A DNA stretch of 60,205 nt, the filler included, from Sphacelaria rigidula (taxonomy: Eukaryota): assembly GCA_964200075.2 (NCBI GenBank). It is 10 parts of 10 records of this genome, joined end to end, with 100 filler letters (N's around TTAATTAATTAA, not from the genome) between each part and the next. Parts side by side here need not be neighbours in the genome. Positions count along the whole stretch, not along the records: positions 48,246 to 54,175 come from CAXNAA020023406.1; positions 54,276 to 60,205 come from CAXNAA020023407.1; 8 more parts are not named here. The stretch is one strand, 5' to 3'. The position numbers and the translations under genes were made by a program. The first letter of the stretch is position 1, and each line of letters begins with the position of its first letter. Shown here piece after piece: positions 50,101-60,205 of the stretch. Under the pieces are notes generated by a model that did not search any database, was not told where the DNA came from, and saw only the letters and a program-made list of their open reading frames with translations.

Positions 50101-51333
50101 CTCGAAATAATACGCACGGGAGAAATTCAAGAGCCAATGGACCAAGTGGTAAACACAGCTCAAATTTCGCCGATCATGAACATGCAACCTTTGACGTTCA
50201 TGATCTGTTAGGAGTGACCAGAGACGTGTGGTTGCGCCAAAGATGGCGGGTACATCTGTCGCCTGGTGCATTTTTCGCCTCATGGTGCGGTACACTTCTT
50301 TCAAGAATGAAATATTCCCTGTGCCGTGCCTGCACCGTTCCTTCAAAGAGGATCCTGATGAATAAGGTTAAACGAAAAAGGTACCCCCAACCCCCAAACA
50401 GTGCTTTCTCCGTATCAGAGGTATCTCAAACTTGAGGTTTCCGATATATTGCACAGTAATTGGCAGCCGCCATATACCGGGAACCCCGAGTTTGGGATGT
50501 CTCTACTAAGAGGAATTTTTCCCAATGACGTTTTTGTCAGCCTCATGCCCCTCGATTGCATGGAAATTATTTTCAGGGCCTTTTACCGACTATGCCAGCC
50601 CACAGCGCTGAGCGAAAGCGTCATTTTGTCCTGATTTGGGGGACACATTTGTTTTCGGGAATTTGACGCTTCGCTCACCGCTGCGGGCTTACAACAGGTA
50701 TATCAAACTCAAGACTCAAGATGCCTGGTATGTTCCACAGCAATTTACAGTGAACTATGTCGGGAATCTCGAGTTTGATTTACCTTTACATCTACAAAGT
50801 CGCGGTGAAAGGCATTGAATAGTGCGATCAAGGGGCATGGGGCCGACAAAAAGTGATCGTGGGTAATCAATTTTAGTTGAGGGAAAACACTGTTGTTTTG
50901 GGGTTGAGATGTATTTTTTGTTCAATCTCATTTCTCAGGATCCTATCTTCTTTCAAATGTTGACCGTGTGTTGGCCTAATGAAAAATTCGAGCACGAAAT
51001 GACCGTCCGTTGTTGAACCTAAATGTTTTTGTGCCTGGTTGGTGGACCACGATCAGAGTACCTTCGTTATCGAGTGACCGCCACCTGGGGCGTCACATCC
51101 ATCGGGGATGTTCATCATCTGAACCTGGGATATCCAAGATGGATACCCATATGGGATATGAATATCCACCTGGGGCACTTATTCCTAACCTCAACCTTGC
51201 CTCTAACTGTAACTCTTGCCCTAACTCCCAAACCCAACGCAGGATATCTCAACGGAGTGAATGTCCTAGGTTGATGAAACATTATAGATGGATCATACCC
51301 CAGATGGATATGAGATGCGATATAGAGATGCCA

Positions 51334-51642
51334 CACACGCGGCCATTTGGCTACCCCTCAAAATGCCTCCGGAGGGATGCGCGGCACTCCAGAGGCAAAA
51401 CAAGCTTCCGGAGGCCTTCAATCTCTCTGGAGGAAACCAAGCACTACCGACCTGAAGGGCCGCGCATCCCTCCGGAGGAATTTGGGGGTAGCAAAATGCC
51501 TTCGGAGAGACGCGCGGTCCTCCAGAGGCAAAAACAAGCCTCCGGAGACGTTTAATCCCTCCGGAGGCGTTGGAGTCCTCTGGAGGCTCGAAAAGTTGAC
51601 CGATCTAGAGGAACTTCGGGAGTACCCAAATGGCCGCGTGTG
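51334..51642. mobile_element. CACTA/CMC-like MITE with CA target duplication
   Basis: CA|CACACGCGGCCATTTGG ... CCAAATGGCCGCGTGTG|CA with subterminal ccggagg repeats. Confidence 0.75.
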
Positions 51643-51865
51643 CACGTAGACGAGATACCCCATGCAGGTGAATGTCCAGGATGGACATGATATCCCATAC
51701 TGATATCTCAGCTACAGGATAGAGGTCCAATGTGGACGAGATATCCCGCGAAGGTGGACGTCCCAAATGGGCATGCTATCTCATATGAATATCCCAGATG
51801 AGTGCAGTATTGAAAGACCGCCGCGCGTGTACAGTCGCCACGCGCTTTGATACATGATGGGGTGT

Positions 51866-52552
51866 GTTGTCCCATTTTTTCTGGACGCCGGTCTACACCT
51901 CTCAGTATATGTGGGTGCATCAGGCGGGGTCACACAGGAGGAATGCCAACATAGCAGTTTTTCTCTGCGTTGTTTGTCTTACTTCTCCACACACGCGGCC
52001 ATTCGACTACCCCCAAAATACTCTGTTCCGGTCAACTGTTCGAGCCTCAAGAGGAATTGAACACCCCCAGAGGCTTGTTTTGCCTCTGAAGGGCCGCGTA
52101 TCCCGCGGGGGAATTTAGAGGATGCGCGGCCCTCCAAAGTACCATCTTTTTTGTTACTCTCGAGGGATTCAGACCTCAGAAGTCACTGGAGCATCAGATA
52201 CCCTCCAGAGGATTCGTTTATGACCGCACCTGAGGATGGAATACCCTCTTCTAGAGAGTATTTTACCTTCGAGATGATGAAAATCGCGATGGAGAATTTT
52301 CATAGGGATAGCCGAATGACCGCGTGTGCACCTTCCTTCTTCGGTGCTGGTCTTAATCTTTTATTGCGAGAGGGGTCGGCATGCACTCCCATTCCCTCGT
52401 CGACCATCAAGTCGAATTTGGTGTACCCACGACATCGTCGCTCTCCACTTTCGGGCATTCTGCAAGAAGGAAATCCCAGATCGCTCCGAGAGTTGAATCC
52501 ACGACCCGACCGGCAGAAGGTGTCGAGGTCACCGACTGAGCCACCGGGGCGA
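51866..52552 (-). mobile_element. tRNA-headed SINE split by a CACTA-like MITE
   Basis: Head 52552-52329 and tail 51989-51866 together match 20778-21130. Confidence 0.75.
51990..52328. mobile_element. CACTA/CMC-like MITE, second copy
   Basis: CA|CACACGCGGCCATTCG ... CGAATGACCGCGTGTG|CA; empty site ctccaccttcc is seen in the SINE near 21000. Confidence 0.8.
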
Positions 52553-55124
52553 TGTACTATACACGACGATTTCGGGGATATGTCAATAACTCGCAGTTTG
52601 CGCAAAGATAAACATTTTCCGGAACGATATTTGATTTCTTTTCATCTCTTTGAGCACTGCTGCAACGTGTAACCCTAGACCCAGCGACACGGGCTTGCTA
52701 GCTGTGCTTTAGATGGCATGTGGCCGGAGTTTTAGCGCGTTGCAACACCAACACGTGCCAACAGTCGTGACTCCCAAACTGAGCGCCCCTCGGGCGCTAT
52801 GTAAATGAATTTTGTGCAGATTGTCATTATCCGGTCGTTGTCCCAGTACAAATCGATGCTCGTTTGCCAGAGTAGCAGCAGCCGCCCAGCTGCTCGTGAG
52901 GTTGATTTGTGTACCAGCGTGTCGAGATATACCTTCACTGGCGGTGCGCCCCCAAATCGGCATTCGCTATGTTTATATCGTAGCCCGACCCGAACATGCC
53001 GCTGATTGGTGCACATGCAGCCTGCCTTGCGTGCGACTAGTGCGTCAAGTATCACGGCGGCTACTCAAGCCGCAAGCGGTGGAGGAATACATTAGTAAAG
53101 TTTTCGTTCAAAAGTGCAATGATTTTTGTACGCGGGCCAATTTAAGGCACCAACATACAAATAGTGCCGGCATTTCACACATAGTCTTGTTTTTCACCTT
53201 GGCGCAAGACTGCTGCTCAAGTAAGTAGTGTGTTCGCCGCAAGGCTGACAACTGCACTGCATTTTGTAAAGAACAACGACGACGACAAGTTGCGCACCGA
53301 CAGCCGTTGCTTGCCGAAGCCAAAGAGAGGAAATATATGTTATCTACGATGGCGAAGTCAAGGGCTAACCGCCGGACGCACCGCACGGGATGTGTGCAGT
53401 TAGTTGTGTTGGTTGTGTTGATTGTGTCAGACGTACAACATGAACATGAACCCCCGAGTGGCTGATGTGGGGGAAGTTGGTTAACTCACATTTTTGGACG
53501 TTTTTTTGTTCTGCAGCAAAATACGTCATTGCCAACCCCAACCCGCAAATGAGTTTTACCGTGTGTATTTTTATCTGCGGGTAAGCGATGTAGAGGAAGT
53601 GGGTCACATCACCTTTCCTTCCGCTAATTGTTCTTCTGTACTTCATTCCCAACTCTAGACCAGATGTAAGTTGCCGTGTGGATACCTGTAATTACTAAGT
53701 GGCTTACGCAGAGAAAGTGGGTAGAATTTTCTTTGCTTCGTGTCTATGTTTTATTGACAAACCTGGCCGGCTAGTGCGTTGAAGTGTACTGTACTCGGCT
53801 TTTACTCGTCGCATGTATGGTACGATGCAACTACTACTGTGGCGCGCAAAGGTCCCGACCGAGGGCATGCGAAATACTCGGCGTGCTGTTTCTGCCTCTG
53901 TGCAGGTAATCAGGGCTACCGAGATCATCCAAGTATTTTGCGCTCCGATAAACTTCAAGTATATGTTTGACACCACCACCTTCTAACCTGCTCGGTTTGT
54001 GTCGAGAAGCGGGTTACGCCATCAGCAATTATGTCCCCAAGACATGCTTCGAACCCGCAATAACTCTGTTTGACCGTTTATTGATTTTAAAACTATTTTT
54101 GCGCACCAAGTGATGAGGAATGCTACGGTAGGGGTGCACTTTTTTCGCGAAATTTTGTCTGGTTCAGAGGCTCCTNNNNNNNNNNNNNNNNNNNNNNNNN
54201 NNNNNNNNNNNNNNNNNNNTTAATTAATTAANNNNNNNNNNNNNNNNNNNNNNNNNNNNNNNNNNNNNNNNNNNNCTCGCTATGGGCTGAAGCTCGATTT
54301 CCTTGTATATCCGTTTGGTCCGTACGAAAATATGTATGCACCGCGTTCGTACGTCTGGATCTTTCTGCCAGAAAAGCTATCAGGCCTGGTTGGTCCTGTA
54401 GACACGTATAGTATACAACCAAATACAAAATCGTTGAACGGACGTGTCGTGTATGTATAGATATTTTGGACCCAACAGAAATTTCAGTTTCTTTTTTTTC
54501 AAAGCGAGCGCTTCCACGTATCCCACTGCGCACCAGAGTCCAAGCCACGAATGAAAGCGAGGTTCAAAGGGTTGCAGGCGGGGCATTGGGACTGCGTTAT
54601 GTCGGATGATGACGTTTTTAGATCATCCGGTACTCATTTCATCCTGAGGGTGAACATGACACTTTGGGGTCAACTGTAGTGGACTGGGTTACCGCGGCTT
54701 AGTATTCTTTTCAGTACACATAGGATACAGAGGACATAAGCAAGCTGCGCGGGGTGTGGTGTTTCGAGAGGAGAGTGTGTAATGTTTGTCTGTTGCGGGG
54801 AAAAGTAAAACTCTCGCTCGGGTATTCTGCAATACAGCGGTGGGTTCGGCCTGTCGCCGAACCGGGCTCCATCATGTGTCGCGTGGTACAAATAACCCGA
54901 GCCGAACTCGCCATCGGGGCAACAGAGCAGCAAACAGTATTCAACTCATGTTTATTCCATCTCTTGAAAACGGTACGCAAGATAAGTCTTGCCTATTAAC
55001 CTATGAAATAGGACATGTGCAGGCTGGAGTCGGCACGTTCCTAGTGTCCTGTGGCGGAAGCTACCGCAAACAGGGTGTGGTAACCCTGTACTCTCTTAAC
55101 AAATCAGACTTCAATTCTACCATA

Positions 55125-55877
55125 TCATCCGGGGCAGTGCTTAGCGAGGTGTCTCGGTTTTGTGCATTGCCAACAGACTGCCAGCGGGCAGTGAACATAT
55201 GAATGGTTTGCGGGTTGACCCGCGTCCGTGCATTTTTGGCACTGGGGTGGTGCTCCTGAGCCCCGGCCACTGCCTCTCCCGGGACCTCCTCGACCTCCTC
55301 CTCTACCGCCGACGCGGGTATTTCGTTGTCGCCTCCCTCCCCGCCCCCCCACCGCGTAAGGTTCACTGGGGCCGTAGTGGTTGGCGGCGTCACAAAATGG
55401 CGCCTGCTGGTAGGGCAGGCGTGGGTGTATGGGTGGCGGCTGTACATGGTAAGGGGAGGGGTACTGGGTCGGCGGGCTCAGCAGAGCCCTCGACCCCCCC
55501 CCCGCACGAATGTCTGGGCACCAACCCAGGGCGGTCTCCAGGGCAGTATGCTTGCCGCCCATGGATGTCGCGATCCCCTTTATCTCTGCTTGGAGGGCCC
55601 TGTTCGCGGCCGGCGAGCGCCGGGAGGAGGTGGCACCAAACCGTTTGTTGAGGAGTAGGGCAGGTAACGCCGGCGAGCGCCGCGCGAGACTGTTCTCAAC
55701 ATCGTTGCGGAGGTTCCGCACCCACTCCATCTCGCGACGGAGTGAGGGCTGCCCCTCGGCCAGCCGCTCCATCGCAGCTAGGTGGGCGAACATGGTGTCG
55801 AGTTGATCCGTGACTCGCGTGAGGGGCGTGAAGCGTGCATCTTTAAGAGGGTCAGCGTCCGTTGCTGCTTGGCTCAT
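55125..55877 (-). CDS. Gag-like protein C-terminus with RGG tract and two zinc knuckles (probable DIRS/Ngaro-type retroelement)
   Basis: GGRGGGRGG tract, CQKC-x8-H-x4-C and CWQC-x4-H-x4-C just before the stop. Confidence 0.7.
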   Translation of the reverse strand: MSQAATDADPLKDARFTPLTRVTDQLDTMFAHLAAMERLAEGQPSLRREMEWVRNLRNDVENSLARRSPALPALLLNKRFGATSSRRSPAANRALQAEIKGIATSMGGKHTALETALGWCPDIRAGGGSRALLSPPTQYPSPYHVQPPPIHPRLPYQQAPFCDAANHYGPSEPYAVGGRGGRRQRNTRVGGRGGGRGGPGRGSGRGSGAPPQCQKCTDAGQPANHSYVHCPLAVCWQCTKPRHLAKHCPG

Positions 55878-56259
55878 TCATGTTCAGCTCAAACTACAGT
55901 CTTGGGAATACAGCATGGGACGGGTCGGGCGAACGGGTCGTGCGGCTGTTGTTGTGCTGTAGGACTCTCAGGCTGGATCGGTCTCGCTTTCACGTAGCAG
56001 ACGTGATGGGCTGATGTGCTCACAGACCGCGTGTACAAATGCCGAGTACTGCGCATGAGCTGTGTCACACAGACTTGGTATGAAGGGGCTGACTGGACGG
56101 GTAAGAAACACGTCTGAGCGGGCGGTATGGATGTTGTGAGACCGTCAAGTATTGAGTCGGGGTTCAGCGTACTTCAGTTTGCAGGTTTCTGGCATAACAT
56201 AGGGCTCTGTGGTGCTGCGTGGGTAAAAGCGAGCGTGTGCTGTGCTTCGCGTCATCTCA

Positions 56260-56715
56260 TGTGTACTGTTACGCCCCCACCTGTACAGTGTGGGCGGCTA
56301 AGAATCGGGTTGGCGTGTGTTTGTGCCGGTCCCGGGTTGTACTCGACAGGCGGCTGAAAGCCAGGCGGGCTTGTGCAGCGCCGCGATTCGGTGGCACTGA
56401 TACTGTGCTACGCTCCAAAGTGTACTATATCGGCGGCGAAAGGACGAGCCGAGTGAGCGTGTACTATGTGGTGAGGACTGTACGGGCGTGTACGTGTGCC
56501 GGTCCCACCTATGCTGTGTGGGCGTCGAAGGACTGGGTGGGCGTGTGCTTGTGCCGGTCCCACTCTGTACTCTACAGGCGGCTGAAAGCCATAAGGACTT
56601 GTGCGGTGCCGCATCTCGTCGGCGCTTGTACTGTGCTGCGCTTCCCAGTGTACTGTACCAGCGGCAAAGGGCCGAGGCGTATGGGTGTGGACTGTGCTGG
56701 AAGTACTGTACGGGA
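56260..56715. repeat. Two diverged tandem copies with a 228-bp (76-codon) period
   Basis: gctgaaagcc at 56353 and 56581; minus frame repeats GFQPPVEY..GPAQ.HA.P. Confidence 0.75.
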
Positions 56716-58090
56716 GACGGGGTCGGGTAGGTGTGAACTGTGCAGCATCCGAATCGATACTGTACTGGCCTGAATCTGTACTGGATTGGCGACGGCAAAC
56801 TGGACGTGTACGGAGTCTCCCGAGCCTGCCGTGTACTCGTAAGGGTGTACTCATCTGTGCTATCTGGGCTGCGCGTGCACGGTGCTATCTGTACTGTACA
56901 GTCTACAAGGGGTCGGGCGGGCGTTGACTGTGTTTCATCGGAAACGATGCTGTACTGGCCTGAATCGAGATTAGATGGGTGGCAGCAAGTCGGGTGGGCG
57001 TGTTCGGTGCACCCCTCTGTGCATTTGTTTTGTTTTGTTTGTTTGATTGATTGATTTATTTCTCTCGGGGCCGGGGCGCGGGGGGGGGATGAGAACGAAC
57101 CAACAGCGATGTTGTCGCCAGCCGCGTTTTCAAGGCCGGCGCCTAAGTGCTGCGGTTTAGGCATCTGTACTGATAAAAGACACGGCGTGTGCTGACCGTA
57201 GCGCTCGTGCGCTGTGAAGATCGCCGGTGGGGCTACCAGACATGTGGCGACGGGCCGGGATCAATTACCGGGGAAGTACTGAGGTGAAGTACATGCTAAT
57301 CAGCAATGTGAGCGCCTCCCAGCGTATTACTATGTGAGGTATGCCCAGGCAAAGAATATCGTGATCCGAAGGGGTTTCTGCGTGCGAGGGTCATGGAGAG
57401 CACGGGAGCTCCTGGGGCGGCATCGTAAGGAAGGAACGGTGCGTGCTCCGTCAATAGCTACTGGCTGGCAGTACAACCAAGGGGGTGTATGAAACGGGTT
57501 ACGGGTAGGTGGGGCTGTACGTGCGTGCGGAAAGAAAGGAGAGACCCGCTGTTGTAGGAACTGCAATCTGGCAACATGCGTGTGGGTGGTGAGTGTGCTG
57601 AGTGCACGACGTCGCGAGTGGAAGTGGGACGAGCACCCTGTAATATAGACGTGCGGGTGTGTTATCGCAGAGTTCTAGTGTTTCCGTACAAAGGTTGGGC
57701 ACCATGCTACCTTGGGCTATCGGCTTGCGGTGTAGTTGTGCTGTGCGTACCACCTGTGCGGGTTTGCGGGAAGATATACGTGCAGCTACATAGATATCAC
57801 AGTATAATCGTGTGCATACTGTAATTTGGTGTGAAGTGTGCGGAAAAATAGAGCTGCCCAATTTTTCCAGTATAACTGTGTACTTCCTGACTGTAGTTTT
57901 GTGTGAGCTGGGCAGGGCATAGAGCTGCACCTATAGTACAGTATAATAGTGTACTGACTCTAATTTGACGGGGCTGCTGTAGCTTATGAATGTGGTTGGT
58001 TGCTGGACAGTGGGACGCTATTCCTACGGCTGGGAGGCCTCGAATGTACTGTACTGAGCGTGCGTGCCGGGAAGCAAATGGAGAAACTCA

Positions 58091-58739
58091 CCTGACGGCG
58101 GGGGTGAATCCGCGTAAGCAATCGCTCCTCGTCGCTGTCCTCCTCCTCCCCTGCCGAATCGGCTCCAGCTGCGCTCATGTCCGCCCTGCCGTGTGTATTT
58201 TCTCCCGCGTCGGAGAGCTCCGGTCCAGCGAATTTTTGGCGCTTGGGTTGGGGGTCCGTCAAATCCATCGGGACATGGGAGGAGGGAGGTGGTCGAGGTG
58301 GCAGTGGAGGAGGGGGGTTTTTGTGTTGCTGTGGTAGCGGTGCCGGAGATGGGCGGAACGCGCCTGGGAAGACGAGGAAATCGCCCATCCTTTTCAACCC
58401 GCCGTGGGTAGTGCCATCGGCTGCCCACAAGTGGTCGACTGCTGCTTCGAGCAAGGCTCGGGTCTGGAGGTCCCCCCGATCGTCGGGGGGAACGCTGGCT
58501 GCCATGGAGGGTTGTAAGATGGCTGCGATGTTGATTGACGTGCTTGTCGCGAGAATTTCCGCGCAGACGCACATGAGCTGGTTCATCGCGATCTCGTCCG
58601 CGGTGAGACCCATCACCGCGATCACCCTCTTTGGGTTTATGGTGGAGACGAGCCCCCGCGTCTCGTAGACTAGCTCGTGCAGAGCGTCCACGGAGAGTAT
58701 CTCCTCCGGGGTGGACATGTCCAGCGTGTCGGGGACCAT
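58091..58739 (-). CDS. Probable 5' exon of the gag-like gene (MVPDTLDM...RIHPRRQ)
   Basis: Within the 287-aa ORF 57984-58847; helical N-part, Pro-rich, PKRQK and acidic segments; ends at CAG|GTGAGT with a composition shift. Confidence 0.55.
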
Positions 58740-60205
58740 AGGTGGTAGGCGATTGGACTGTTGTAGGAGTTTGTGGGTGTAGTGTGCGAGAGGAGGGGGC
58801 GAGCCCACGTGCAGCGGGGCGAGCCTTCGTCGTCGGAGCTGTCTCAAATCGGTTCCTGCTTTCCGTGCTGTTTCTCGGTGATCAGGGATCGATGATCAAT
58901 AAATAACTGGTTACGTGTGGGGCTCATATATCTCTCTTACTCGACAGTCCCGTGTCATAACGCCTGCGGCTATATGTAAAACTTCCTGTCGCATGATCCA
59001 AGAGTGGAACCACGACGAACAGTGTTCTGGTGAGATTGAAAGTGGAAGATACGACTGAGAGTGAGATGCGGTCAAGTAGTAAATGAATCGTTTCAGTTCC
59101 AAAATGCCCCTCCACGAGGCGTGATATGCTTACTGTAGTAGCGTGCCACTGAAGCCCTTGATATCCCTGAGTAGATACTTGCGTATAGCTGTGAGCACAC
59201 GCCAATGATGGAGGCAAAGAATATCACACGGAATAAAAATTGGACAGTTAACCCGTTCGGAACCCATCGGCGATAGTTTTTTGTTTGTGAATCGGCATCA
59301 TTTTGCCTTGAAAATTACTGAAAATGTTGTCGATTCACAAACAAAAAACATCGTCAGCGGGTTCTCAAAGGGTTTAAGCGAATGATAAAACCCACTCACA
59401 ATCAACTCTCTACTCTCAATCTCGTGAAAAAATTGTTGACGGACGACGAAGGATGGCACAAGTTGACCACGGACAGGTCGAACGTAGAAAGCACCGACAG
59501 ACAGCCCCGCAACGACCGCGGGTCCGGTACCAAACGCCGTCGGGAGGGAGATAGCTCCTGCTCTCGCCAGAGCTCCTCCTGCTCTCGCCAGAGCGTCTCC
59601 TCCTCCCGCCGTCAGGAAAAAGCCGGTCGCACCTCGTCATTTCGCCACGGCACCTCTGGCGAGATGACGAGGTCCTGGAGGCCATCTCCCGAGCACGGGA
59701 GAAGTGAATGTGGCGAGAGGACGACGTGCGACAGACCTTCTCAGGAGGGCGGGAGCAGGAGTAGCTTTTGCGAGAGGACGGCGTGCGACAAACCTCGAGG
59801 TACGTCACGAGGTTTGTCGCACGTCGTCCTGTCGCAAAAGCTAATCCTCCTCCCGCCCTCGTGAGAAGGTCTGTTGCACGTCGTCTTCTCGCCACAGTCA
59901 TTTCTCCTCCCGTACTCGGGAGAAGGCCTGTAGCACCTCGACCGCCTCTCGCGCTCGGGAGAGGGAAGCGGAGGAACGGGGGAGAGTGACCAGGAGTGTG
60001 ATCAAGAAGAAGGCGAAGAGCAGGCTCACGAAGAAGAACGTTGTGGGAAAGAGGAGAGTGACGCAGCTGGTGAAGGATGGGAAGGGGGGGAGGACGACGA
60101 TGAGAACGCCGGAAAGTGGGAGTACGCGGAGCCCCGGTGAGGGGGGGGGCGTTCTCATGTGTTGCTTGCCTAAGTCGTTTGATCATTGACCACGCATCCC
60201 TTTCG

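Noticed and set aside
52730..53980. Degenerate DIRS reverse transcriptase on the minus strand continuing the gag at 55125
   Set aside because: Only vague motif likeness (IVDN, FRMPSV), no intact YxDD, plus-strand splice signals fit better, and it lies on a different scaffold.

Overview
Eukaryotic, intron- and transposon-rich DNA, most consistent with a brown alga or other stramenopile (inferred from gene style and repeat content). The window is not one locus. It is ten pieces of 5931 or 5930 bp joined by identical artificial 100-bp spacers (N44-TTAATTAATTAA-N44), i.e. size-sorted scaffolds, so adjacency across spacers means nothing. Host gene fragments: an unknown multi-exon gene (piece 1), a (PTPA)n Pro/Thr-rich terminal exon, an RBL10-like rhomboid (3 exons), an RBL15/RHBDD1-like rhomboid (3 exons), a PQ-loop first exon and an unknown short-intron gene. 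Mobile DNA: two decayed copies of one Ty3/Gypsy family, a Copia fragment, a LINE reverse transcriptase pseudogene, a probable DIRS-like gag with two zinc knuckles, tRNA-headed SINEs and several MITE families (TA, TTAA and CA target duplications). Most interesting: (1) a complete tRNA-His copy with a CCA-like end sits exactly between two inverted copies of the Gypsy LTR end (41748-42063) and looks like a fossil primer-tRNA/strong-stop reverse-transcription intermediate; (2) this family's integrase ends in a chromodomain-like plus Tudor-like pair, followed by a conserved, apparently structured 3' UTR; (3) one copy is a tandem element sharing a single LTR. All calls are by eye, without database searches.
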